DNA of 64,000 nt, from the NCBI GenBank assembly GCA_021324595.1, contig JAJPIV010000048.1, forward strand, positions 1,876 to 65,875, given 5' to 3'. The position numbers were made by a program, and so were the translations under genes. Origin of the DNA: Actinomycetota bacterium. Its GTDB lineage: Bacteria; Actinomycetota; Actinomycetes; Streptosporangiales; Streptosporangiaceae. The notes beneath the pieces are model-generated. The model saw only the letters and a list, made by a program, of their open reading frames with translations, ran no database searches and was not told the origin of the DNA. Of this stretch, positions 10,019 to 19,353 are shown piece by piece; position 1 is the first letter of the stretch; each line of letters begins with the position of its first letter.

Positions 10019-11518
10019 CTAGCTGGCCGTCTCCAGGGGCGGCAGCCCGGGCGCCGGCCCGGCACCGCCGAGGCCCTCGGCACGCGTCAGCAGCTCGCCG
10101 GCCCGCCGGGCGGCGGCCGGGCGGGCGAGCGCGCCGATGACGCCGAGGGCGAGCCAGGCGACCGCGACCGCCGGGCCCCACCAGGCGACTCCGGTGGGCA
10201 GCGGCCAGACGTTGCGGAACAGCGTGTACCCCAGGACGACGATGCCGAGCGCCGGGACGGCGATCTGCCAGCGCCCCACCGCGGGCCGGCCGGAGAAGAA
10301 CACGAGCTTGACCATGCCGATCGTGGCGAGGACGTAGACGACCAGCAGGATCAGCGTGCCGATGGTCCCGGCCTCGAGGAACAGGGTGAACGGGTCGCCC
10401 CGCAGTACGAACCACGTGAACGCGACCACCACGTACACCGCGACCGCGACCGCGCCGGTCGCGGCGGCCGGCGTGCGGCGCGCGGGCGAGACGCCGCCGA
10501 GGCGCACCGGCAGGATGCCGTCCCGGCCGAGCGCGTAGGCCAGCCGGGCCGCGCCGACCGTGCTGGCAAGCGCGCAGGAGAACGCCGAGATCATCGCGCC
10601 GATCGTGATCACGTTCCCGATCCAGGGCGAGACGTAGGCGGTGCCCAGGTCCCCGATCAGCGAGGGCGAGTTGATGAACGCGGCGACGCCCCTGGCCGAG
10701 GTGCCGAACCCCATCACCTCCACCGCGGTCACCACGAAGAAGTAGACGCCGCCGAAGACCGCGACGCCGAGGATCGCGCGCGGGATGTCCCGGTTCGGCC
10801 GCTTGGTCTCCTCGCCGAGCGTCGCCGCCGCCTCGAACCCGGCGAAGGACAGGAAGCCGAACACCACCCCCAGGAAGAGCGCCGACAGCGGCGTGCCGGA
10901 TGGCAGGCTGAAGGCCGAGCCGTCCACGCCCAGCCCGCCCGGGCCGCTGTGGCCGGCCAGCTTGGCGAACACGACCGCGATCACCACGAGGATCAGCGCC
11001 ACGGTGATCGCCTCCGCGGCGAGCAGCACCCGCGTCCCGCCCCGGGCCGGGGTGAGCGCCAGCCACCAGACCACCACCATGCCGATCGCCCCGAGCAGGA
11101 ACCCGGGCCAGGCCGAGCCGGTCTTCCAGATCCCGGTGGCGTCCAGGAACCCCGCGGCGAACCGGCCGCCCGCCATCGCCGTGGTGACCGCGTAGAACGT
11201 GTACGTCCCGGTCAGCGCCCAGCCGGCGATCACCCCGGCCCGCGGCCCGAGGGTCGCCCCGACGAACCCGTAGACCGAGCCCGAGTGGTGGAACCGCTGG
11301 GTCAGCCGCACGAACGTGTAGGCCACCAGCAGCACGCCGGCGAACGCGAGCGCGAACGCCACCGGCACCGCGCGGCCCACGGTGCTCGCGGTGCCCTGCG
11401 GGTTGATGCTCGCCGCCATGGATGGCGCCATCAGCGCCAGCGAGATGCCGATCGCCTCCCAGACGCTGAGGCTGCGGTGCAGCCCCGGCTGCCCGGCCCG
11501 CTGCTCATCTGCCGTCAT
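10019..11518 (-). CDS. APC-superfamily amino acid/polyamine permease
   Basis: 499 aa, about 12 hydrophobic segments, APC-like N-terminus (LSVWEAIGISLALMAPSMA). Confidence 0.85.
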   Translation of the reverse strand: MTADEQRAGQPGLHRSLSVWEAIGISLALMAPSMAASINPQGTASTVGRAVPVAFALAFAGVLLVAYTFVRLTQRFHHSGSVYGFVGATLGPRAGVIAGWALTGTYTFYAVTTAMAGGRFAAGFLDATGIWKTGSAWPGFLLGAIGMVVVWWLALTPARGGTRVLLAAEAITVALILVVIAVVFAKLAGHSGPGGLGVDGSAFSLPSGTPLSALFLGVVFGFLSFAGFEAAATLGEETKRPNRDIPRAILGVAVFGGVYFFVVTAVEVMGFGTSARGVAAFINSPSLIGDLGTAYVSPWIGNVITIGAMISAFSCALASTVGAARLAYALGRDGILPVRLGGVSPARRTPAAATGAVAVAVYVVVAFTWFVLRGDPFTLFLEAGTIGTLILLVVYVLATIGMVKLVFFSGRPAVGRWQIAVPALGIVVLGYTLFRNVWPLPTGVAWWGPAVAVAWLALGVIGALARPAAARRAGELLTRAEGLGGAGPAPGLPPLETAS

Positions 11519-11578
11519 CGATCCGATTCCTCCCCTCCTGCGGGCCGCCGCGCGGACCGCCTCGTGCCTGCGCCGCCG

Positions 11579-12829
11579 TCACGCCCTTCCCGCCGCCCCG
11601 CCCGCCGCCAGCAGGTCGAGCGCGCCCAGGTACCCCGCCAGCAGCGCGTCGGCGACCTGCCCGACCATCTCGTCCGGCGGCAGGAACGAGGGATGGTGCA
11701 GGGTGACCGGGCCGCCGGTGCCGAGGAAGAGCATGAGCGCCGGGACGTCGCGGGTGTAATACGAGAAGTCGTCGGCCCCGCAGGAGCGGAACGAGGCATC
11801 GACCGTGAACCCCGCCTCGCGCAGCCACGGCCAGCTCGCCTCGGCCAGCGCCGCGTCGTTGACCAGGGCGGGCTCGCCCTGGTCGATCGTCACGGCGCCG
11901 CGGCAGCCGTAGGCGAGGCAGGTGTGGGCGACGATCTCGCGGACGGCCCGGTGCAGCGCGGGCCGGTCGGCCTCGTCGAGGACCCGCAGCGTGCCCCGCG
12001 CCGTCGCGGTCGGGGGGATCACGTTCGCCGCGTGGCCGGCGCGGAGCATGCCGACCGAGACCACGACGGCGTGGGTCGGGTCGGCCCGCCGGCTCACGAT
12101 CTGCTGGAGCGCGAGCACGGCCTGGCACAGCGCGACCACCGGGTCGGCGGCCAGCTGCGGGTACCCGGCGTGACCGCCCACCCCCTCGACCGTCAGCTCG
12201 AAGTCGTCGGTCGCCGCGTTCACGGTGCCGGCGGCAGCGGCCACCGTGCCGGCCGGGAGCTGGTGCTGCAGGTGGACGGCGATGACCGCGGCCGGGGCGT
12301 GCGCGGCGAGCGCGCCGGAGGCGACGAGGTCGCGCGCCCCGGACGGGATCGCCTCCTCGCGCGGCTGCAGGACCGCCAGCACGGGGACGGGCAGCTCGCC
12401 GGCGTCGTCGGCGGCCCGCGCGGCGCGGCCGACCGCGGCCAGCGCGGCGAGGTGGACGTCGTGGCCGCAGGCGTGCATCACCGGGGAGCGGGACGCCCAG
12501 GGGACGCCGGTCTGCTCGGTGATCGGCAGCGCGTCCAGCTCTGCCCGCAGCGCCACGCACGGGCCGCCGTCCCGGCCGATCCGGATCAGCCGCCCGGTCC
12601 CGGCGACGGCGGGGGCCTGGGGCGCGCCGAGGGCCGCGGCGACCCGCGCGGCCGTCGCGTGCTCCGACCCGGACGGCTCGGGGTCGGCGTGCAGCTCGTG
12701 CCGGAGCGCGACGGCCGCCTCGACCTCGGCCCGCACCCTGGCCCGCAGCGAGGACGCCAGGCCCGGCGCGGCCCCGCCCGGTGGCCGTGGGCTGGACGCG
12801 CCCGGGCTGGCCAGGGCAGTCCCGCTCAC
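11579..12829 (-). CDS. M20D-family amidohydrolase (N-acyl-amino-acid / hippurate hydrolase type)
   Basis: MHACGHDVH metal-binding motif. GTG 12829 overlaps the stop of the upstream gene (GTGA). The 740-aa track ORF was trimmed. Confidence 0.8.
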   Translation of the reverse strand: MSGTALASPGASSPRPPGGAAPGLASSLRARVRAEVEAAVALRHELHADPEPSGSEHATAARVAAALGAPQAPAVAGTGRLIRIGRDGGPCVALRAELDALPITEQTGVPWASRSPVMHACGHDVHLAALAAVGRAARAADDAGELPVPVLAVLQPREEAIPSGARDLVASGALAAHAPAAVIAVHLQHQLPAGTVAAAAGTVNAATDDFELTVEGVGGHAGYPQLAADPVVALCQAVLALQQIVSRRADPTHAVVVSVGMLRAGHAANVIPPTATARGTLRVLDEADRPALHRAVREIVAHTCLAYGCRGAVTIDQGEPALVNDAALAEASWPWLREAGFTVDASFRSCGADDFSYYTRDVPALMLFLGTGGPVTLHHPSFLPPDEMVGQVADALLAGYLGALDLLAAGGAAGRA

Positions 12830-13968
12830 CGGTCGCCCAGCCGGTAGACGCGGACGGCGTTGGCCGACCCGATCAGCTCCGCGGCCCGCCCGGCGTCGGC
12901 CGCCGCCCAGGCGCCGTCGGCGACGAACGCGCTTGTGACCCGGGACAGGTCCCGGCGGAACCCGGCCGCGCCCAGGTAGTGCAGCTCCGGCAGGCCGAAT
13001 GCGTCCGAGGAGTACAGCATCTTGTGCAGCGGGGTCAGCTCGAGCGCCTCGGCGAGCACCGCCGCCGAGCGGGCGCCGACATGGTTGAGCGCCGCGCCGA
13101 CGTCCATGTAGACGTGCGGGAACACGTGCGCCAGGTAGCCGGCCTCCCGGTGGTACGGGTAGCAGTGCAGCAGCATGACCGGGGTGCCGGCCGGCCGGGT
13201 GGCGAGCAGGAAGTCGTGGAGCAGGGACGGGTTGCCGCGGTGCAGCCGCACGTCCGGGTCGCCGAATCCGACGTGGAACTGCAGCGGGAGGCCGGAGTCG
13301 ATCGCGTGCCAGGCCAGGTGCCGCAGCAGCACAGGGTCCTCCACCCGGGCGCGACCAGGCTCCGGCTCGGCCTCGATGGCGGCGAGCAGGCGCCCGGCAG
13401 CCGCCGTGACCTGCGCGGGGGCGGGCCGGGCAGGGTCCAGGCCGAGTCCGTGGCGGTAGGCGGCGACCGACTTGAACCCGACCGCGCCGGCCGAGGCGAC
13501 CGCTCCGGCCAGCGCCCTGGCGAGCGCGTCCGCGAACCCGGCCGCGCTCGTCCCGGCCCGGGCGACCTGCTCGGCGACGGCCTCCAGGCGCACGATGTGC
13601 CGCGCCGGGGCGCCGCTCGCCTGGGCCAGCTGCTCGGGCGTGGTCAGCCGGCCGCCCTGGTAACCGGTGTCCACCAGCCAGGCGGCGACCCCGGCGGCGC
13701 GCAGCAGCCGCCGGTTCACCTCGCTCGCGCCCAGCGCGGCCCGGCGGGCCAGGTAGTCCTCCGCCGGGGCCGACGGCTCCAGGCCCAGCACCGGGGCGCA
13801 CCAGCGGCGCACCGCGAGCCCGAGCTGGCTGTCGAACATCGTGGTCCCCGGCGGCGCCGGCCAGGGCGACTCGGAGAGCAGCCCCTCGAAGCCGGCCTGG
13901 TCCAGGTCCGCGGTGACCACGCCATGCACGTGGTGGTCAACCAGCGCGAACTCGCCCGCTGCGGTCAC
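12826..13968 (-). CDS. Metal-dependent amidohydrolase (amidohydrolase-2 / TIM-barrel family)
   Basis: N-terminal VDHHVHG (HxH motif). 4-nt overlaps on both sides. Confidence 0.75.
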   Translation of the reverse strand: MTAAGEFALVDHHVHGVVTADLDQAGFEGLLSESPWPAPPGTTMFDSQLGLAVRRWCAPVLGLEPSAPAEDYLARRAALGASEVNRRLLRAAGVAAWLVDTGYQGGRLTTPEQLAQASGAPARHIVRLEAVAEQVARAGTSAAGFADALARALAGAVASAGAVGFKSVAAYRHGLGLDPARPAPAQVTAAAGRLLAAIEAEPEPGRARVEDPVLLRHLAWHAIDSGLPLQFHVGFGDPDVRLHRGNPSLLHDFLLATRPAGTPVMLLHCYPYHREAGYLAHVFPHVYMDVGAALNHVGARSAAVLAEALELTPLHKMLYSSDAFGLPELHYLGAAGFRRDLSRVTSAFVADGAWAAADAGRAAELIGSANAVRVYRLGDR

Positions 13969-14951
13969 GTCCCCTCCCCTGGGCCGGCGCTCACCCCGGC
14001 GCCGGCCGCTTCGACCGTCCCGTGGTGCAGCGCGTCGTACCGGGCCATCCGGGCGAGCGGCGCGTCGCCCAGCCTGTCCACCACCGCGGTGACCAGCGCC
14101 TCGACGAGCGCGACCGCGGGCGTCAGCGCGTCGAACGGCGACGGCGACAGCACGCTGGAGGTCAGGACGACATCGGCGTGGGCGGCCAGCGGTGATAGGT
14201 ACGGGTCGGTGAACGCGACCAGCGTCGCCCCCTGCCGCTTGGCGGTCACCGCCAGCCGCACCGTGTCGTGCTGGTACCTGCGGTAGTCGAAGGCGACCAG
14301 CACGTCGCGGGGGCCGACGTCGAGCAGCGCGCTCACCCGGTCGGCCCCCGCGGAGGAGACCGAGCGCACCCCCGGCCGGAGGATGCGCAGGTGCGCGGCC
14401 AGGTGCTCGGCGAGCATCGAGCTGAACCGCCCGCCGATCAGGACCACGCCGCGCCGCTGATCGGTGAGCAGGCGCACCGCCTGCTCGAACTCGCTTCTCG
14501 GCATCCGGGCGAAGCTCGCCCGGATGCCCTCGCAGAGCATGTGCTCGGCCCGGTCGAGCGCGTGCCGGCCGGCGGCGGACCGGCCCGGGTGCAGGGCCAG
14601 CGGCGAGGAGAGCCGGGCCGAGACCTCGGACTTCAGGGAGGCCTGGAAGTCCGCGTAGCTGCCGAACGCGAGCTTGCCGACGAGCCTGACGACGGTGGGC
14701 GGGCTGACCCCGGCCGTGGCGGCGAGCCTGGCGACCGGCTCCAGGCCGCGCACCGGGTAGTCGGCGAGCAGCGCCCGGGCGACCTTCCGCTCGGCGGGGG
14801 TCAGCCGCTCCAGGCGCAGGGCGAGCCGCTCGGCGACCGTGGCCCCGGCCTCGGCGGCGCCGGGCACGCCGGGCGCGGATCCCGCAGCCCCGGGCCCAGC
14901 GGCCCCGCGCCCTGCGGCCGGCCCGGGACCTCCGGCTGCCCCCGTGCCCAT
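13965..14951 (-). CDS. MurR/RpiR-family transcriptional regulator (HTH + SIS domain)
   Basis: N-terminal HTH (LTPAERKVARALLADYP...VSPPTVVRLVGKLAF) and a SIS-like C-terminus (VVLIGGRFS). Confidence 0.8.
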   Translation of the reverse strand: MGTGAAGGPGPAAGRGAAGPGAAGSAPGVPGAAEAGATVAERLALRLERLTPAERKVARALLADYPVRGLEPVARLAATAGVSPPTVVRLVGKLAFGSYADFQASLKSEVSARLSSPLALHPGRSAAGRHALDRAEHMLCEGIRASFARMPRSEFEQAVRLLTDQRRGVVLIGGRFSSMLAEHLAAHLRILRPGVRSVSSAGADRVSALLDVGPRDVLVAFDYRRYQHDTVRLAVTAKRQGATLVAFTDPYLSPLAAHADVVLTSSVLSPSPFDALTPAVALVEALVTAVVDRLGDAPLARMARYDALHHGTVEAAGAGVSAGPGEGT

Positions 14952-14955
14952 GGGC

Positions 14956-16437
14956 TTACCACCGCCAGCGGGTGCGGGCGACGATCTCCTCGGCGGACGC
15001 CCCGGCGAACAGCTCGATCTCCGCGCGGCGGACGGCCAGGAACGCCTCGAACATCGGCTCGCCCATCGCCTCGCGGAGCGTCTCGCTGCCGCTGAGCAGG
15101 CTCACCGACTCGGCGAGCGACTCCGGCAGCCGCCGGGCGCCGCACGCCGCCAGGTCCTCGGGCGCGAGCGCGACCGGGTCTCCGACGATCTCCCCCGGCA
15201 GCCTGGCCCCGGCCTCGATCCCGGCCAGCCCCGCCGCGAGCAGCGACCCGGCCACCAGGTAGGGGTTCGCGGCCAGGTCGAAGCACTTGACCTCGAGGTT
15301 GGCGCGCTGTCCGCGCTCCCCTGCCGAGCCGGTGACCAGCCGCAGGGCCGCCTCCCGGTTCTCCCGGCCCCAGCACTGGTAGGCGCCCGCCCAGTGGGAC
15401 GGGACCAGGCGCAGGTAGCTCGCCACGCTCGGCGACCCGATGGCGGTCAGCGCGGGCAGCGCGTCGAGCACCCCGCCGGCGAACGCCTCGCCGTCGGCGG
15501 TCATGCCGTACCGGCCGGGGCCGCCGGCCAGCAGGTTCTCCCCGTCCCGCCACAGGCTCAGGTGAACGTGGCCCCCGTTGCCGACCCCCCCGGCGACCAC
15601 GGCGGGCGCGAACGAGGCCAGCAGGCCATGCCGCTGGGTCACGGCCCGGATCGTCTGCCTGACCAGGACGCTGTCGTCCGCAGCGCCGACCGGGTCATTC
15701 GGTGCCACCGAGAGCTCCATCTGGCCGGCCGCGTACTCGGGGTGGAACTGCTCGACGACGACGCCCTGGCGCTCGATCGCCTCGCACACCTCGCGGGCGT
15801 AGTCGGACATCTCGATCACCCGGGTCATGCCGTACGCGGGGCCGACGCAGGCCGGGGCGAACTGGCCGTCCTCCTCGGTGCCGACCGCCCACTCCACCTC
15901 GAAGGCCGCCTGGACCCGCAGGCCGGCCTCGCGCGCCCGGTCGGTCATCCGGCGGGCGAACGCCCGCTGGCAGCCCGCGTAGCGGCGGCCGTCCTGGGTG
16001 TACCGGTCGACCGGGGCGAACGCCCAGCCGGGCTGGGCGGCCAGCGGGGTGACCCGGTCCAGGTCAGGGACCAGCCGCAGGTCACCGCCCGGCCCGCCGA
16101 TGTGCGCGCTCGTGGTGATCGAGTCGTCGACGACGAACACGTCGAACACCGGGGACATGCCGATGCCCCAGCCGGCGGCGTGCTCGAACCGGCCGAGCGG
16201 CACCGCCTTGACCCGGGTGAGGCCGGCGTTGTCCACCCAGCACAGCGCGACCATCGCCGCCCCGGCCTCGGCCAGCCGCCTGGCGACCGGGCCCGCCCGG
16301 CGGGTCAGCTCGGCTCGCTCCGCGGGGCCGAGCAGCGCCGGGCCGTAGGCGGCCTCGCGCCCCCAGTCCGGCCCGCCGGGCTCCCCCGGAGCCCCGCCGG
16401 CCCGGCCAGGCTCCTCGGCAGCCCGCACGGTCATCAT
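14956..16437 (-). CDS. Glutamine synthetase family protein (GlnA-like gamma-glutamyl-amine ligase)
   Basis: 493 aa with a GS catalytic-domain signature (GNGGHVHLSLW). First gene of a five-gene, tightly spaced operon. Confidence 0.8.
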   Translation of the reverse strand: MMTVRAAEEPGRAGGAPGEPGGPDWGREAAYGPALLGPAERAELTRRAGPVARRLAEAGAAMVALCWVDNAGLTRVKAVPLGRFEHAAGWGIGMSPVFDVFVVDDSITTSAHIGGPGGDLRLVPDLDRVTPLAAQPGWAFAPVDRYTQDGRRYAGCQRAFARRMTDRAREAGLRVQAAFEVEWAVGTEEDGQFAPACVGPAYGMTRVIEMSDYAREVCEAIERQGVVVEQFHPEYAAGQMELSVAPNDPVGAADDSVLVRQTIRAVTQRHGLLASFAPAVVAGGVGNGGHVHLSLWRDGENLLAGGPGRYGMTADGEAFAGGVLDALPALTAIGSPSVASYLRLVPSHWAGAYQCWGRENREAALRLVTGSAGERGQRANLEVKCFDLAANPYLVAGSLLAAGLAGIEAGARLPGEIVGDPVALAPEDLAACGARRLPESLAESVSLLSGSETLREAMGEPMFEAFLAVRRAEIELFAGASAEEIVARTRWRW

Positions 16438-16623
16438 GCACCTCGCTTCGGATCACGTCCTCCGGCCGGGTGTCCGAAGCGTTACACGGAAGCGATCAAG
16501 TCGTCAATATGTAACGGAGCCCTCATAACCGCCGCTGACCTGGCCGGCCGCTGACGGCAACGGGCCGGTGACGGGCAGCGGCATATCCGGCACCTGGGGA
16601 CCGCGCTCCCGCCGCAGCCCGCC

Positions 16624-17595
16624 ATGGTGACCGACAATGAGCCGGTGACGGACGACGGCACAGGTGAGGCGGCGGCCGGAGGCGCCCTCCCGGCCGGAGG
16701 CTTCGCCGCGGCCGGGACGGCGGAACGGATCGAGCTGCTGGCCGACCTCGACCAGCCGGGCTCGTGGGTGCTGCTCGCCGACGGCGTGGTGCAATCCCAT
16801 GTCGACCTCGCTGACCCGGGCCACCTGGACCTTGAGTACGTGAGGCGCATCGGGCACCTGATCGACCTGGCCGCCCCGCCCGGCGCGCCGCTGCGGGTGC
16901 TGCACCTGGGCGGTGGCGCGCTCACCCTGGCCCGCTACGTCGCCGCCACCCGGCCAGGCTCGCGCCAGGTCGCCGCCGAGCCCGACCCGCGCGTGACGCG
17001 CCTGGTCGCCGAGCGGCTGCCGGTCCAGGGCCTGGCCGGGCAGCTCGACGTGCGGCTCGCCGACGCCCGCAGCGTGCTCGGCGAGGTCCCGCCCGGCTCG
17101 TTCGACGTGGTGATCGCCGACGCGTTCGCCGGCGGGCGGACGCCCGCCCACCTGACATCGGCGGAGTTCGCCGCCGAGGCGGCGCGGGCGCTGGCCCCGG
17201 CGGGGCTGTTCGCGGTCAACGTGGCCGACGGCCCTCCCCTCGCCCACGCCCGCGGCCGCATCGCCGCGCTGCGGTCGGCGCTCCCGCAGGTCTGCGTGCT
17301 CGCCGAGGCCGGGGTGCTGCGGGGACGCCGGTTCGGCAACCTGGTCGCGGTCGGGTCGCGCCGCGAGCCCCCGCTCGCCAGGCTCGCCCGCCGGGCCGCC
17401 GCCGACCCGTTCCCCGCGCGGCTGGTGCACGGCGCGGCGCTGGAGGAGTTCCTCGCCGGCGCCGCGCCGATCACCGATCGCACCGCCGAGCCGTCCCCGC
17501 CGCCTCCCCCCGGGCTCGCAGCCATCCCGCCGGGCCGCGGCGACGGCCCCGGGCGGGAGCGCCGCGGCCGGGCCGGGTCCCGCGAATCCCAGTGA
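16624..17595 (+). CDS. Spermidine-synthase-like SAM-dependent methyltransferase-fold protein
   Basis: LRVLHLGGGALTLARY (GxGxG) and FDVVIADAF motifs. Confidence 0.65.
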   Translation: MVTDNEPVTDDGTGEAAAGGALPAGGFAAAGTAERIELLADLDQPGSWVLLADGVVQSHVDLADPGHLDLEYVRRIGHLIDLAAPPGAPLRVLHLGGGALTLARYVAATRPGSRQVAAEPDPRVTRLVAERLPVQGLAGQLDVRLADARSVLGEVPPGSFDVVIADAFAGGRTPAHLTSAEFAAEAARALAPAGLFAVNVADGPPLAHARGRIAALRSALPQVCVLAEAGVLRGRRFGNLVAVGSRREPPLARLARRAAADPFPARLVHGAALEEFLAGAAPITDRTAEPSPPPPPGLAAIPPGRGDGPGRERRGRAGSRESQ

Positions 17596-17624
17596 CCCGG
17601 CCCGCCGGCCCCCCGGACCGCCGT

Positions 17625-18212
17625 TCAGGAGCTGTAGAGCGGGATGCCCGTCCCGGCCCTGAGCGCGGTGGCGCGGAGCACTCCCCCGCCAGGCATGCCC
17701 CGGCAGGCCGCGGCGGTCAGCCAGGAGTCCTGGCCGCGCTTCTGGCGGGGCAGGTAGACGATCACCCGCGCGGTGACCGGGTGGGCGCACACCGCGCCCG
17801 CGTCGCGGACGGTGAGCGTGAAGTGCCCGGTCGCGAGCGGCGCGAGCCTGATCAGCGGGCCCCGGCCCGAGGCCGGCGCCCTGGTCCCGACCATGTGGCC
17901 GCCCGGCCCGACCGCGGCCAGGCCGGGCACGCCGCGCAGCGCGCATGGCCGGCGCCCGGTGTTCGTCACCTCGACCTCGTAGGTCACGCCCCCGGCGAAC
18001 CCGTCGGCAGGATTCGCCGACCAGACGAACGCCCCGCCCCGCAGGGCCGGCCTGGCCGCGACGCACCCGCCCGCCCGGGCCGCCGCCCGGGCGCGGCCCT
18101 GCTGGGCCGACGGTGCCGCGAGGGCGGCGACGGGCAACGCGACGGCGGCGCACGCCGCGCCCCCGAGCAGCAGGACGCGGTGACCCCGCGGCCGCGTGAA
18201 TGGATTCCTCAT
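17625..18212 (-). CDS. Secreted protein, DUF4232-like
   Basis: Signal peptide (LLLGGAACAAVALPVAALAAPSA). Conserved Cys pairs and the beta-rich pattern of DUF4232. Confidence 0.6.
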   Translation of the reverse strand: MRNPFTRPRGHRVLLLGGAACAAVALPVAALAAPSAQQGRARAAARAGGCVAARPALRGGAFVWSANPADGFAGGVTYEVEVTNTGRRPCALRGVPGLAAVGPGGHMVGTRAPASGRGPLIRLAPLATGHFTLTVRDAGAVCAHPVTARVIVYLPRQKRGQDSWLTAAACRGMPGGGVLRATALRAGTGIPLYSS

Positions 18213-18354
18213 CGTGCGCTCCTCCGGCTCGTCGGATGTGCCGACTCCCAGGACGCCGGTGCCCGCGCCCGGGTTGCGCCGCCCGGCCCGGCGCCCGCCC
18301 GGCGCTGGCCCGGCGGGCCCGCCCGCGGCGCGGCGGGCACCGCGAGCCGGCGGA

Positions 18355-19353
18355 TCAGCGGGCGCGGCGGCGCCCGCGGTTGATCCGGTCGAGCAGCGCC
18401 GCGCAGGCGTGCACGGTGCGGATGTGCGGCACGTCGATCCCGAGCCGGCCGGCCAGCTCGATCACCGCTCCGGTCATGCAGTCCAGCTCGAGCCGCTTGC
18501 CGGCCTCCAGGTCCTGCAGCATCGAGGTGCGGTGGTCGCCGACCGCCAGGCCCGCCTCGAGCCGGCGGTCGAGCGAGACCGGGAAGCTGACCCCCAGGGC
18601 TGCGGCCACGGCCGCGACCTCGGCGAACACGGCCCGGAGCAGCTCGACCACCTCGGGGCTGCCGCCGAGCTCCCCGAGCGTGGCCCTGGTGAGCGCGGTG
18701 ACCGGGTTGAAGGCCACGTTCCCGATCAGCTTCAGCCAGATCTGGTCGCGCAGCCTGGGGTCCACCGGGGCCTTCAGCCCGCCCGCCGCGAACGCGCGCG
18801 AGATCTCCGCGCACCGCTGCGACGCCGACCCGTCGGGCTCGCCGATGCTGAACCTGGTCCCCTCGATGTGCCGGATCACCCCGGGCCCGGCGATCTCGGT
18901 CGAGCAGTAGACCACGCACCCGACGTTGTGCTGCGGGTCGATCGACCGGGCGATCACCCCGCCCGGGTCGACGCTCTCCAGCCGGCCCGCCTCGCCGCTG
19001 CCCGGCGAGCCGGCGGGCAGCCCCTGGAAGTACCAGAACGGGATGCCGTTCTGCGCCCAGATCACCGCGGCGCCCGGGGCGAGCGCCTCCCCCAGCCGCG
19101 GCGCGATCTCCGGCAGGCTGTAGGCCTTGAGCGCGACGAACACCACGTCCGCGCTGGCGACCGCGCCGAGGTCGTCGGTGGCCGGCGGCCGCGCCGTGAA
19201 GTCCCCGCGCGGCGAGCGCACGGTCACGCCGTTCTCCCGCATCGCAGCCAGGTGCGCCCCGCGCGCGATCAGCGTGACGTCCGCGCCGCCCCGGGCCAGG
19301 GCCGCCCCCACGTAGGCGCCGATCGCGCCGGCGCCGAGCACGGCGAACCTCAC
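18355..19353 (-). CDS. panE: 2-dehydropantoate 2-reductase (ApbA/PanE family)
   Basis: N-terminal Rossmann motif MRFAVLGAGAIGAYVG. Length 332 aa. 4-nt overlap with the upstream ligase gene. Confidence 0.75.
   Translation of the reverse strand: MRFAVLGAGAIGAYVGAALARGGADVTLIARGAHLAAMRENGVTVRSPRGDFTARPPATDDLGAVASADVVFVALKAYSLPEIAPRLGEALAPGAAVIWAQNGIPFWYFQGLPAGSPGSGEAGRLESVDPGGVIARSIDPQHNVGCVVYCSTEIAGPGVIRHIEGTRFSIGEPDGSASQRCAEISRAFAAGGLKAPVDPRLRDQIWLKLIGNVAFNPVTALTRATLGELGGSPEVVELLRAVFAEVAAVAAALGVSFPVSLDRRLEAGLAVGDHRTSMLQDLEAGKRLELDCMTGAVIELAGRLGIDVPHIRTVHACAALLDRINRGRRRAR

Noticed and set aside
9554-12847. Very long ORFs in the track: 9554-12847 (+, 1097 aa), 3876-6488 (+, 870 aa), 51111-54449 (+, 1112 aa), 59783-62554 (-, 923 aa), 45531-48164 (-, 877 aa), 7643-9469 (-, 608 aa) and many shorter ones.
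   Set aside because: Their translations are Arg/Pro/Gly/Ala-rich and lack motifs. They lie antisense to, or out of frame with, genes that have clear family signatures. This is the typical stop-codon-poor artefact of high-GC DNA.
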